From Elusimicrobiota bacterium (GTDB lineage: Bacteria > Elusimicrobiota > Elusimicrobia > UBA1565): DNA of 47,187 bases. The notes under the pieces are model-generated. The model did not search any database. It was given only the letters and a program-made list of their open reading frames with translations, and was not told the origin of the DNA. The stretch's first letter is position 1. Each line of letters starts with the position of its first letter. This document shows positions 39,701-47,187 of this stretch, in pieces. The stretch lies in the NCBI GenBank assembly GCA_043819795.1, contig JBDREN010000197.1, positions 1-47,187 on the forward strand, given 5' to 3'. The position numbers were made by a program, and so were the translations under genes.

Positions 39701-40164
39701 TCAAGCCCAGGCTGTGCGACAAGCTCAGGATCATGGTGAAGGGCACCGGCGCGGGGGCTTGGGAGGCGCTGCCCACGACCTGCACCACCGCGGGCACGAC
39801 CTACACCTGCACCGCACAGACCACGCACTTCAGCCTGTTCGCGGCCGCGGGACCGACCGACGAGGACGAAGACGGCATCGCCGACAGCTGGTTCGGGGAG
39901 CTGGACAAATGCGGCGGCGGCGTGCCCGGGGGCAACCCGTGGTACGCCGACGGCGGATTGAAGCCCAACCATTACGACAGCGGCAACTGGAGCCTGGAGG
40001 ACGCCTACGGCTGCAGCTGCGCCCAGGTCCTGTTCTGCAAGCCCGGGGAGAACGCCGGCGAGCTCAAGCACGGCTGCTCGGCCGGCACCAAGAGCACGTG
40101 GGAGGCGCAGGCCCCCGAGTCCTGGGCCCCGAAGTGCCAAGCGGACGGGATCGTGGCCCCGTAG
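36730..40164 (+). CDS. Secreted multidomain protein: LamG, DUF4215-like repeats, two CBM4/9-like domains, MopE/TSP3-like repeats, ZU5-like domain, C-terminal GCSC domain
   Basis: AAGGA RBS and signal peptide at 36730; NL..NPGFE...WFDDVFL twice (630-bp period); CDGLDNDCDG; DNCPDAYNPDQLDTD; VPAGAL...FTPAGTTFNEPV...TTHFSLFA. Confidence 0.85.
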   Translation: MRIILSGLILGSCLPFAGGALAQETCPSGMVSYWTFDDSLDPGNDDFGANDGTLLNGPVWTSGRVGGALGFDGVDDYVYVPDSDDWDFGAGDFAVEFWTRLRSLSGWRIFMDIGGHDVGIRINYFGNNLEVYVAHGSGQNFNFPWSPSLNTWYHLAVIRNGNAFEAYVDGSQIGSTQDVTGKDITGLTRGVGIGEAVKSTAHLNGDLDEVAIYNRALTPEEISQHVDDGLAGKGYCEAYVPCGDGVIDAGEECDDGDRADGDGCSAACAVEDGHVCHGEPSTCWPDLDGDGWPDLRNLVSNPGFELDENDDGWVDEWYLAGIDREAAHGGAASGRRETGSYTWQYVPINGRVHGFTFGGWNKLDKQSETQYQPTMHVVVYYEDGTSAGSSKGARFDRETHDWTLSMDYIDTDETKLMTTALIRLWWQGDGTTWFDDVFLVPSRCLTLDGDCCGNGVLDAQEACDDGNRDGGEGCSAACAVEPGYGCAGEPSICAPNLDGDDMPDLANLLRNPGFETDEDYYGLVDEWYLTGIDRGEAHGGAASGRRETGSYTWQYVPINGRVHGFTFGGWNRLDKHSDTGKQPQISGVVYYEDGTYHGFGDVVRFGADTHDWTFGSAYFDTDETKLMTTALVRLWWQGDGTTWFDDVFLVASSCVDLDGDGHKGTPAGCGPDCDDLDPGVSPGAGDADCDGLDQDCDGTADDDYVAAPTSCGVGACASTGESACVNGQETDTCAENAPRPETCDGLDNDCDGTADDGGDALCTDGLWCTGTETCAGVSGCQPGMPPVCADALSCTVDSCDEDADACAYTPIDEDGDGSDICDGPGQDCDDGNPDAYPGAEERCNGFDDDCDGQTDEGCDDDGDGILNAADNCPDAYNPDQLDTDAQGGGDVCDICPNDPADACDPGGSAGEYVEAAEGGEVAAPSGSASFAVPAGALDADTSMAITESTPADPNIEIGSNKGQSLSQYSFTPAGTTFNEPVTVTLVTECTLKPRLCDKLRIMVKGTGAGAWEALPTTCTTAGTTYTCTAQTTHFSLFAAAGPTDEDEDGIADSWFGELDKCGGGVPGGNPWYADGGLKPNHYDSGNWSLEDAYGCSCAQVLFCKPGENAGELKHGCSAGTKSTWEAQAPESWAPKCQADGIVAP

Positions 40165-40202
40165 GCGCGGATCCGGCAAATCGAGTCAGGGTGGGTGGAA
40201 AG

Positions 40203-43200
40203 ATGAGCAAGAACATGAAGCCGGTGGTTCCGATATTCTTGGCATCCGTTTCGGCGGCGGCTTTGGCTCTCCTGCCGCTCCATGCGCGGGCCCAATGTCC
40301 GAGCGGCGGGGGGATGGTCAGCTATTGGACCTTCGACGCGGGAGACGCGACCGACGATCACGACGCCAATGACGGCGCCGTTCACGGCGCCACGGCCGCG
40401 CAAGGCAGGACCGGCCAGGCGTTCCATTTCGACGGGGAGGACGACTATATCGAGGTCCCGCACGCGACGAGCCTGAACCTGGCCGGCCCCGAGCCGGTGT
40501 ATGACTACGTCGAGGTCCCCCATTCCCCGAGCCTGGACCTAGCCGGCCCCGAGCCGGTGCATGACTACGTCGAGGTCCCCCATTCCCCGAGCCTGGACCT
40601 GGCCGGCGGGCAGTTCACTTTCGAGACGTGGATCAAGATAAGGGGGTACGCGGGCGATTTCCGGACCATCATCGGAAAGATCGGCTGGACCGATACGAGC
40701 CTGTGGAGCTACAACTTCCAGGTCAGGTCCGACGGGGGCTTGTACGTCGACTTCGTCAACACCGGCGGCACCCGGTTCCCGTTGAGCAGCCACACCGAGT
40801 CGCTTCGGACCGGGATATGGCATCATGTGGCGGCCACCTACGACGGAGGCATGCTGCGCTTGTACATCGACGGCGACGAGGTGGCCTCCCGGGAGGCCTA
40901 CGGCGTCCCGAGGGCGAACGACTATCCGCTCTCCATCGGGCGATGGTGGTCCGACGACCCCAACCAGTTCCAGGGCATGATCGACGAGGCGGCGGTCTAC
41001 GACAGGGCGCTGGCCGCCTCGGAGGTCCTGAGCCACTACGAGGCCGGCTCGGCCGGCTATTGCGTCGGTGGCTGTCCCGCGGGAATGGTGAGCCATTGGA
41101 GCTTCGACGAGGCGGACGGGGCTACCGCTTACGACTCCATTGGCGTCAACGACGGGACCATATATGGAGCGGTCCGCGCGGCCGGCAAAGTGAACGGCGC
41201 GCTGGACCTCCCGGGGAGGCAGTTCACGTTCGAGGCGTGGATCGACATAAGGGGTTACGCGGGCGATTTCCGGACCATCATCGGGAAGATCGGCTGGACC
41301 GACACGAGCCAGTGGAGCTACAACTTCCAGGTCAGGCCCGACGGCGGCCTGTACGCTGACTTCGTGAACGGCGCCGGCACCCGGTTCCCGTTGAGCAGCC
41401 ACACCGAGTCGCTTCGGACCGACGTCTGGCAGCATGTGGCGGCCACCTACGACGGCGGCATGCTGCGCCTGTATATCGACGGAGCCGAGGTGGCCGCCCG
41501 GGAGGCCTACGGCGACCCCAGGCCGAACGAGTATCCGCTCTCCATCGGGAGATGGTGGTCGGACGACCCCAACCAGTTCCAGGGCATGATCGATGAGGCG
41601 GCGGTCTACTCCAGGGCGCTGGCCGCCTCGGAGGTCCTGAGCCACTACGAGGCGGGTGCGGCCGGCTATTGCGACGGCGGTTGCCCGGCGGGGATGGTGA
41701 GCTACTGGAGGTTCGACGAGGCGGGCGGAGCGACCGCTCACGACTCCGTCGGCGGCAACGACGGGACCGTCCATGGGGCGGTCCGGACGGCCAGTAAGGC
41801 GAACGGCGCGCTGGACCTCCCGGGCAGGCAGTTCGCCCTCGAAGCTTGGATCAACGTAAAGGAGTACGCCGGCGACTACGGGGCGATCGTCGGGAAGATC
41901 GGGTGGAGCGATACGAGCCAGTGGAGCTACAACATGCACGTCAGGTCCGACGGCGGCCTGCACGCCAGCTTCGTGAACGCGAACGGCACCCAGTTCCCGC
42001 TGAGCAGTCCCTCCGACTTGATCCAGGCCGGCGCTTGGCACCATGTGGCGGCCGCCTACGACGGCGCCATGCTGCGCATGTACATCGACGGCGCCGAGGT
42101 GGCGGCCCGGGAGGCTTATGGCGACCCGAGGCCGAACGAGTATCCGCTCTCCATCGGGAGATGGCATTCGGGCGATCCCAACTGGTTCTCCGGGGCCATC
42201 GACGACGTGGCGCTCCACAGCAGGGCGTTGACGCCCGCCGAGATCCGGGAGCATCACGACAAGGGCTCGCTCAGCAAGGGCTATTGCTGGGCCTGCGCCG
42301 CCGACGCCGAGTGCGACGACGGCAACCCCTGCACGAAGGACCTGTGCGCCGGCGGGACCTGCGTCGCGGACCCGGCGGCGATGAACGGCGCCCCGTGCGA
42401 CGACGGGACGCTCTGCACGGCCGGGGATATCTGCGCCAACGGGTCGTGCGCGGGCGCGGCCGTGCCCGGCGCCGAGGGCCTGCGGAGCTACTGGACCTTC
42501 GACGCGGGGGACGCGGCCGACGTCTACGGCGGCAATGACGGGACCGTCCACGGCGCCGCGGGCGCGCAGGGCAGGACCGGCCAGGCCTTCTCCTTCGACG
42601 GAGAGGACGATTATATCGAGGTGCCTCACGCGGCGGACCTGAACCTCGGGGGGCCCGAGGCCGTGGCCGACCGCGTCGAGGTGCCGCATGCCCCGAGCCT
42701 GGACCTGGGCGGCCCCGAGCCGGTGAGCGACTACGTGGAGGTGCCGTATTCCCCGAGCCTGGACCTGGGCGGCCCCGAGCCGGTGAACGACTACGTCGAG
42801 GTGCCGCATGCCCCGAGCCTGGACCTGGCCGGAGGGCAGTTCACCCTCGAGGCATGGGTCAACGTGCGGGCGTACGCCGGGGATTTCCGAACGATCATGG
42901 CGAAGATGGGCTGGACCCATACGACCGGGTGGAGCTACAACATGCGGGTCAGGGACAATGGCGGCCTGTACGTTGACTTCGTCAACGACAACGGCACTCG
43001 ATTCCCATTGAGCAGTCCCGCCGGCCTGCTACAGACCGGTGTTTGGCACCACGTGGCGGCCGCCTACGACGGCGGCATGCTGCGCTTGTACGTCGACGGC
43101 GCGGAGGCGGCGTCCCGGGAGGCCTACGGAAGCCTCAGGCAGAACGACTATCCGCTGTCCATCGGCAGGCTGCGATCGGGAGACCCGGACCAGTTCTTGG

Positions 43201-45794
43201 GCATGATCGACGAGGCGGCGGTCTACGACAGGGCGCTGGCCGCCCAAGAGGTCCAAAGCCACTACGCGGCCGGCTCGGCAGGCTACTGCACGGGGGGCTG
43301 CCCGGGGGGGATGGTGAGCCTTTGGAGCTTCGATGAGGGCGATGGATCCGTGGCGTACGACTCCATCGGCGGCAATCACGGCGCCATCTATGGGGCGAGC
43401 CGGAGCGCCGGCATGGTCAACGGCGCGCTGGACTTCCCGGGGGAGCAGTTCACCCTGGAAGCCTGGATCAACGTGAGGGGCTACGCGGGCGATTTCAGGA
43501 CGATCATGGCGAAGATGGGCTGGGACCATACGAGCTGGTGGAGCTACAACATGCAGGTCAGGGACAATGGCGGCTTGTACGCCGACTTCGTGAACGAGGC
43601 CGGCACTCGGTTCCCATTGAGCAGCCCCTCCGGCCTGCTCCAGATCGGCGCTTGGCACCACGTGGCGGCCGCCTACGACGGCGGCATGCTGCGCTTGTAC
43701 GTCGACGGCGCGGAGGCGGCGTCGCGGGAAGCTTACGGCAGCCCCAGGCCGAACGACTATCCGCTGTCCATCGGCAGGCTGAGGTCGGGGGACGCAAACC
43801 AGTTCTTGGGCAAGATCGACGAGGCGGCGGTCTACGACCGGGCGCTGGCCGCCGAAGAGGTACTGAGCCACTACGAGGCCGGTTCGGCCGGCTATTGCGA
43901 CGGCGGCTGCCCGGCGGGGATGGTGAGCCTTTGGAGCTTCGACGAGGGCGACGGAGCCGTCGTTTACGACTCCATCGGCGGCAACCACGGGACCGTTTCC
44001 GGGGCGGTGCGGACGAGCGGCATGGTCGGCGGCGCGCTCGACTTCCCGGGCAAGCAGTTCACCCTCGAATCGTGGATCAACGTGACGCGCTACGATGGCG
44101 ATGAGAGGACGATCCTGGCGAAGATGGGCTGGACCCATACGAGTTGGTGGAGCTACAACATGCAGGTCAGGTCCTATGGAGCCCTGTACGCCGACTTCTT
44201 CAACGAGAACGGAACGCGGTTCCCGTTGAGCAGCCCCTCCGGCTCGATCCGGACCGGCGCCTGGCAGCACGTGGCGGCCACCTACGACGGCGCCGTGCTG
44301 CGGCTCTACATAGACGGCGCCGAGGCGGCGTCCCGGGAGGCCTACGGGGACCTCAGGCGAAACGACTATCCCCTGTCCATCGGCAGGCTCAGGTCGGGAG
44401 ACCCCAACACGTTCTCCGGGTTGATCGACGAGGTGGCGGTCTACGACCGGGCTCTGGCCCCCGAGGAGCTCCTGAGCCACTACGAGGCCGGCGCGGCCGG
44501 CTACTGCGACGGAGGGTGCCCGGCGGGGATGGTGAGCCTCTGGAGCTTCGACGAGGGCGGCGGGGCGGCCGCGTACGACTCCGTCGGCGGCAATCACGGG
44601 ACGATCAGTGGAGCGGTCCGGACGGCCGGCATGGTGGGCGGCGCGCTGGATTTCCCGGGCAGGCAGTTCGCGATGGAGGCGTGGATCAATCCGGCGGAGT
44701 ACGCCGACGATTACAGGGCCATCATCGGCAAGGTCGGCTGGACCGATACGAGCCGCTGGAGCTACAACTTCCATGTCCGATACGACGGCGGCCTGCACGC
44801 CAACTTCGCCAACGACAACAACGCCACCTTCTCGCTGACCAGCGCCCCCGGCTCGATCCAGACCGGCGTCTGGCAGCATGTGGCGGCGACCTACGACCAC
44901 GGCATGCTGCGCCTCTACATCGACGGGGCCGAGGCCGCGTCCCGGGAGGCCTACGGCGGCCCCCGGCCGAGCGACTATCCCGTGTCCATCGGAAGATGGC
45001 AGTCGGCCGATCCCAACCCGTTCGCGGGCCTCATCGACGAGGCAGCGGTCTTCGGCAGGTCGTTGACGCCGGCCGAGGTCCAGAAGCATTACGACAAGGG
45101 CCTGATCGGCAAAGGCCTTTGCGAGGCGCTCTGCACGGACGCCGACGGCGACGGCTACGGCGCGGCCGGCAGCGATACCAGCGGCTGCGCCGAGCCCGGC
45201 TACGACTGCGACGACGGCGACGGCGCCGTCATCCCCGGCTCGATCATAGAGACGGACATCTACGGCTCGGGCGACATCGGAGAGTGCCGGACCCGGATCG
45301 AGGAATGCCTGGGCGCGTCCGGCGCTCTCCAGACCATCCGGGCCGCGGTCGGCCCGTCTGTCGAGGCCTGCGACGGCCTGGACAACGACTGCGACGCCGC
45401 GGCGGATGAGGACTTCCCGGATTTCGACGGCGACGCGGCGGCCGACTGCGTGGACCCGGACGACGACGGCGACGGGCTCGCGGACGAGGACGACGGCTGC
45501 CCGTACGAGAATCCCGGAGCCCAGGACGCGAACGGCGACGGCTGCGCCGACAGGCTGGAGGACGCCCCCCGGGTCGTCGAGGAGCTGAGCCTGCCCGGGG
45601 GAACGGCCAACGAGATCACCTCCAAGCTGGAGACCGCGATCGCGGCCCAGAATGAGGGGAAGACCGAGCCGGCGGTCAACAAGCTTCGCGCCCTCATCAA
45701 CAGCGTGCAGGCGCAGCGGGGCAAGAAGATCTCCGCCGAGGACGCGGACCTCCTCATCGAGTTCGCGAACAACGCGATAAGCGGGATGGAGTAG
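40203..45794 (+). CDS. Giant secreted protein (1863 aa) with seven LamG-like domains in nested/permuted order, Cys/Asp-rich repeats and a C-terminal FIMAH-like helical domain
   Basis: Signal peptide MSKNMKPVV...ARA; seven W.HVAA.YD cores; TSP3/MopE-like repeats; C-terminal SKLETAIAAQ...LRALINSVQAQRGKKISAEDADLLI. Confidence 0.88.
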   Translation: MSKNMKPVVPIFLASVSAAALALLPLHARAQCPSGGGMVSYWTFDAGDATDDHDANDGAVHGATAAQGRTGQAFHFDGEDDYIEVPHATSLNLAGPEPVYDYVEVPHSPSLDLAGPEPVHDYVEVPHSPSLDLAGGQFTFETWIKIRGYAGDFRTIIGKIGWTDTSLWSYNFQVRSDGGLYVDFVNTGGTRFPLSSHTESLRTGIWHHVAATYDGGMLRLYIDGDEVASREAYGVPRANDYPLSIGRWWSDDPNQFQGMIDEAAVYDRALAASEVLSHYEAGSAGYCVGGCPAGMVSHWSFDEADGATAYDSIGVNDGTIYGAVRAAGKVNGALDLPGRQFTFEAWIDIRGYAGDFRTIIGKIGWTDTSQWSYNFQVRPDGGLYADFVNGAGTRFPLSSHTESLRTDVWQHVAATYDGGMLRLYIDGAEVAAREAYGDPRPNEYPLSIGRWWSDDPNQFQGMIDEAAVYSRALAASEVLSHYEAGAAGYCDGGCPAGMVSYWRFDEAGGATAHDSVGGNDGTVHGAVRTASKANGALDLPGRQFALEAWINVKEYAGDYGAIVGKIGWSDTSQWSYNMHVRSDGGLHASFVNANGTQFPLSSPSDLIQAGAWHHVAAAYDGAMLRMYIDGAEVAAREAYGDPRPNEYPLSIGRWHSGDPNWFSGAIDDVALHSRALTPAEIREHHDKGSLSKGYCWACAADAECDDGNPCTKDLCAGGTCVADPAAMNGAPCDDGTLCTAGDICANGSCAGAAVPGAEGLRSYWTFDAGDAADVYGGNDGTVHGAAGAQGRTGQAFSFDGEDDYIEVPHAADLNLGGPEAVADRVEVPHAPSLDLGGPEPVSDYVEVPYSPSLDLGGPEPVNDYVEVPHAPSLDLAGGQFTLEAWVNVRAYAGDFRTIMAKMGWTHTTGWSYNMRVRDNGGLYVDFVNDNGTRFPLSSPAGLLQTGVWHHVAAAYDGGMLRLYVDGAEAASREAYGSLRQNDYPLSIGRLRSGDPDQFLGMIDEAAVYDRALAAQEVQSHYAAGSAGYCTGGCPGGMVSLWSFDEGDGSVAYDSIGGNHGAIYGASRSAGMVNGALDFPGEQFTLEAWINVRGYAGDFRTIMAKMGWDHTSWWSYNMQVRDNGGLYADFVNEAGTRFPLSSPSGLLQIGAWHHVAAAYDGGMLRLYVDGAEAASREAYGSPRPNDYPLSIGRLRSGDANQFLGKIDEAAVYDRALAAEEVLSHYEAGSAGYCDGGCPAGMVSLWSFDEGDGAVVYDSIGGNHGTVSGAVRTSGMVGGALDFPGKQFTLESWINVTRYDGDERTILAKMGWTHTSWWSYNMQVRSYGALYADFFNENGTRFPLSSPSGSIRTGAWQHVAATYDGAVLRLYIDGAEAASREAYGDLRRNDYPLSIGRLRSGDPNTFSGLIDEVAVYDRALAPEELLSHYEAGAAGYCDGGCPAGMVSLWSFDEGGGAAAYDSVGGNHGTISGAVRTAGMVGGALDFPGRQFAMEAWINPAEYADDYRAIIGKVGWTDTSRWSYNFHVRYDGGLHANFANDNNATFSLTSAPGSIQTGVWQHVAATYDHGMLRLYIDGAEAASREAYGGPRPSDYPVSIGRWQSADPNPFAGLIDEAAVFGRSLTPAEVQKHYDKGLIGKGLCEALCTDADGDGYGAAGSDTSGCAEPGYDCDDGDGAVIPGSIIETDIYGSGDIGECRTRIEECLGASGALQTIRAAVGPSVEACDGLDNDCDAAADEDFPDFDGDAAADCVDPDDDGDGLADEDDGCPYENPGAQDANGDGCADRLEDAPRVVEELSLPGGTANEITSKLETAIAAQNEGKTEPAVNKLRALINSVQAQRGKKISAEDADLLIEFANNAISGME
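40440..40610 (+). repeat. In-frame 60-bp tandem repeat x3 (DY[IV]EVPH..SL[DN]LAG)
   Basis: Lines 40441, 40501 and 40561 align column by column. Confidence 0.95.
40611..42287 (+). repeat. 609-bp period repeat, three LamG cores
   Basis: CAGTTC unit starts at 40611, 41220, 41829. Confidence 0.93.
42606..42836 (+). repeat. In-frame 60-bp tandem repeat x4
   Basis: Lines 42601, 42661, 42721 and 42781 align column by column. Confidence 0.95.
42837..45122 (+). repeat. 609-bp period repeat, four LamG cores
   Basis: CAGTTC unit starts at 42837, 43446, 44055, 44664. Confidence 0.93.
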
Positions 45795-45979
45795 GCCGCG
45801 CCTCCTGCCCGGCCTTACCGGAAATATGGTGCGGCCGACGTGTTCTCGCCGCACCTCGAGGAAGGCTTCGATACGAGGTTTGCGGCGCATCTTCGCTTAA
45901 ATCTACAATGATACCGTCCGAAGGCCGCAGGATCTCTGCCCGCCATTTCATCGAGCGGCCCGACGGGAAGGAGGCGGCG

Positions 45980-47071
45980 ATGATGAAGACTAGAAGGGCG
46001 GCATCCGCGCTCGGCGCGATCGGCTGCGTTGCGGCTGCTTTGGGTTTTGCCGCCATGACGGCGCGGCCAGCCGGGGCGCAGGCCGCGTGTCCGGACGGCA
46101 TGCTCCACTACTGGACGTTCGACGAGGGGACGATCGAAGGGAACACCGTCGAGGATGTGGCCGGAGGCAACGACGGCGCGATCACCGGGGCGATATCGAC
46201 CGCGGGGCGCGTGGGAGAGGCTTTGCGCTTCGACGGCAACGATTACGTGCTCTCGAACGGCGGCATCAACATATCGGGGAATCAGCCCAGGACCGTCGAA
46301 TACTGGGCTAAGACGAATCATCTCCTGTCGAGCGCGTCCCAGCCGATCCTCTGGTGGGGAGGGCTGTCCACCTCGCGCCTGAACCTGGTCACCTTCGGGC
46401 ATCAGCGCAAGACCACCTTCCCGACGGCGAACTTCTACGGCTACTACCGGGACGTGTCGGGCAGCGCCGAGGTCTTCGCCGACGAATGGACCCACGTGGC
46501 GGTGACGTACGACGGAAGCGATATCAGGATATACATCAACGGCGCTGCGGGCTCGCCGAGCCCGCAGCCGCTCGACACCGACGCGAGCACGTTGACCATC
46601 GGTCACTACCCCGGCTGGCCCAGCTACTACATAGGGGAAGTCGACGAGATAGCGGTCTACGACAGGGCTCTTACGGCGGAGGAGATCGAATTCCACTATC
46701 AGAGCGGCCTCATGGGATACGGATACTGCATGCCGGACACCGACGGCGACGGGATAGGCGACCACATCGACGCGTGCGCCGACACCCCTCCGGGGGAGGA
46801 GCTCGTCCGCGGATGCTCCGGCAGCCAGATGTCCGGGTGCGACGATGCGGACGGCGACGGCGTGGTGGACGACTCCGACGCCTGCCCGGGCACGGATCCG
46901 GAGCTGGAGCCGTACCTGCCCGTCGCGGAGGGCTGCTCCTGTTACCAGATCCTGGAGCTGAAGCCCGGCGCGGACAAGGGCGAGATGAAGAACGGCTGCT
47001 CCGACGGGACCTTGGGCGCCTTCTTGAACAGGACGGGCTGGGCCAAAGACATCCCGCGGCCGGGTCAATAA
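45980..47071 (+). CDS. Secreted LamG-domain protein with TSP3-like repeats and C-terminal GCSC domain
   Basis: AAGGAGG RBS before ATG 45980; signal peptide; CPDGMLHYWTFD...WTHVAVTYDG...VDEIAVYDRALT...GYC; DTDGDGIGD..DAC. Confidence 0.87.
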   Translation: MMKTRRAASALGAIGCVAAALGFAAMTARPAGAQAACPDGMLHYWTFDEGTIEGNTVEDVAGGNDGAITGAISTAGRVGEALRFDGNDYVLSNGGINISGNQPRTVEYWAKTNHLLSSASQPILWWGGLSTSRLNLVTFGHQRKTTFPTANFYGYYRDVSGSAEVFADEWTHVAVTYDGSDIRIYINGAAGSPSPQPLDTDASTLTIGHYPGWPSYYIGEVDEIAVYDRALTAEEIEFHYQSGLMGYGYCMPDTDGDGIGDHIDACADTPPGEELVRGCSGSQMSGCDDADGDGVVDDSDACPGTDPELEPYLPVAEGCSCYQILELKPGADKGEMKNGCSDGTLGAFLNRTGWAKDIPRPGQ

Positions 47072-47187
47072 GGGAAGGATTCAGCGAAGAGACGTGAAGA
47101 ACCGGCCCCCCGGGCGCGCGCCCCCGGGGCCCGTTGACTTCCGCAGCCGCCACGTCGTCAGTCCCCCGCCGACTAGCCATCCACCCC

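Noticed and set aside
36277..40202. ORF-track upstream extensions of the LamG genes (starts 36277 and 39693)
   Set aside because: They overlap neighbouring genes; signal peptides indicate starts at 36730 and 40203
40440..42836. 60-bp repeats as a CRISPR array
   Set aside because: Contiguous in-frame coding repeats without unique spacers; no cas genes
40539..45890. Long minus-strand ORFs 40539-42920 and 43029-45890
   Set aside because: Antisense to the LamG repeat gene; their repetitiveness mirrors the sense strand
34314..47071. Diversity-generating retroelement acting on the lectin-like genes
   Set aside because: No reverse transcriptase in the window; repeat differences are not adenine-specific and both copies are coding
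47100..47135. GC-rich hairpin after the last gene as a terminator
   Set aside because: Imperfect stem and no U-tract

Overview
High-GC bacterial DNA, probably Elusimicrobiota (inferred from gene style and a characteristic C-terminal-domain remnant; not verified). Left half (1-23.2 kb) is core envelope and housekeeping genes: accB, a small winged-helix protein, ftsK-lolA-rodZ-pgsA-pgpA, a POTRA/beta-barrel-like gene pair that may be one frameshifted gene, a minus-strand MoxR-DUF58-BatA/vWA-DUF4159-GATase1-like cluster followed by two DUF2723 (TMEM260-like) glycosyltransferase-TPR genes, lepB, a secreted hypothetical, exbB/exbD/tonB-like genes and a 51-aa C4C4 RING-like microprotein absent from the ORF track. 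At 23190-23205 a tRNA-Arg-like 3' end fragment (att-like scar) marks the switch to accessory DNA: a gene remnant, a single-domain response regulator, a polyamine/GABA catabolic cluster (two SSS transporters, GabT, a saccharopine-dehydrogenase-like enzyme, PatA, PatD, a second ALDH) and four secreted Cys-rich LamG proteins. The most striking feature is the 1863-aa protein at 40203-45794. Its LamG segments are not in tandem order but in the order A-B(n)-(C-A)(n-1)-C with n=3 and n=4, which fits recursively nested ('Russian-doll'), circularly permuted LamG domains. Three of the four LamG proteins share an ungapped C-terminal GCSCxQ[IV]L-x8-G-x2-K-x-GCS motif of unknown function. All family assignments come from motif recognition by eye; no searches were run.
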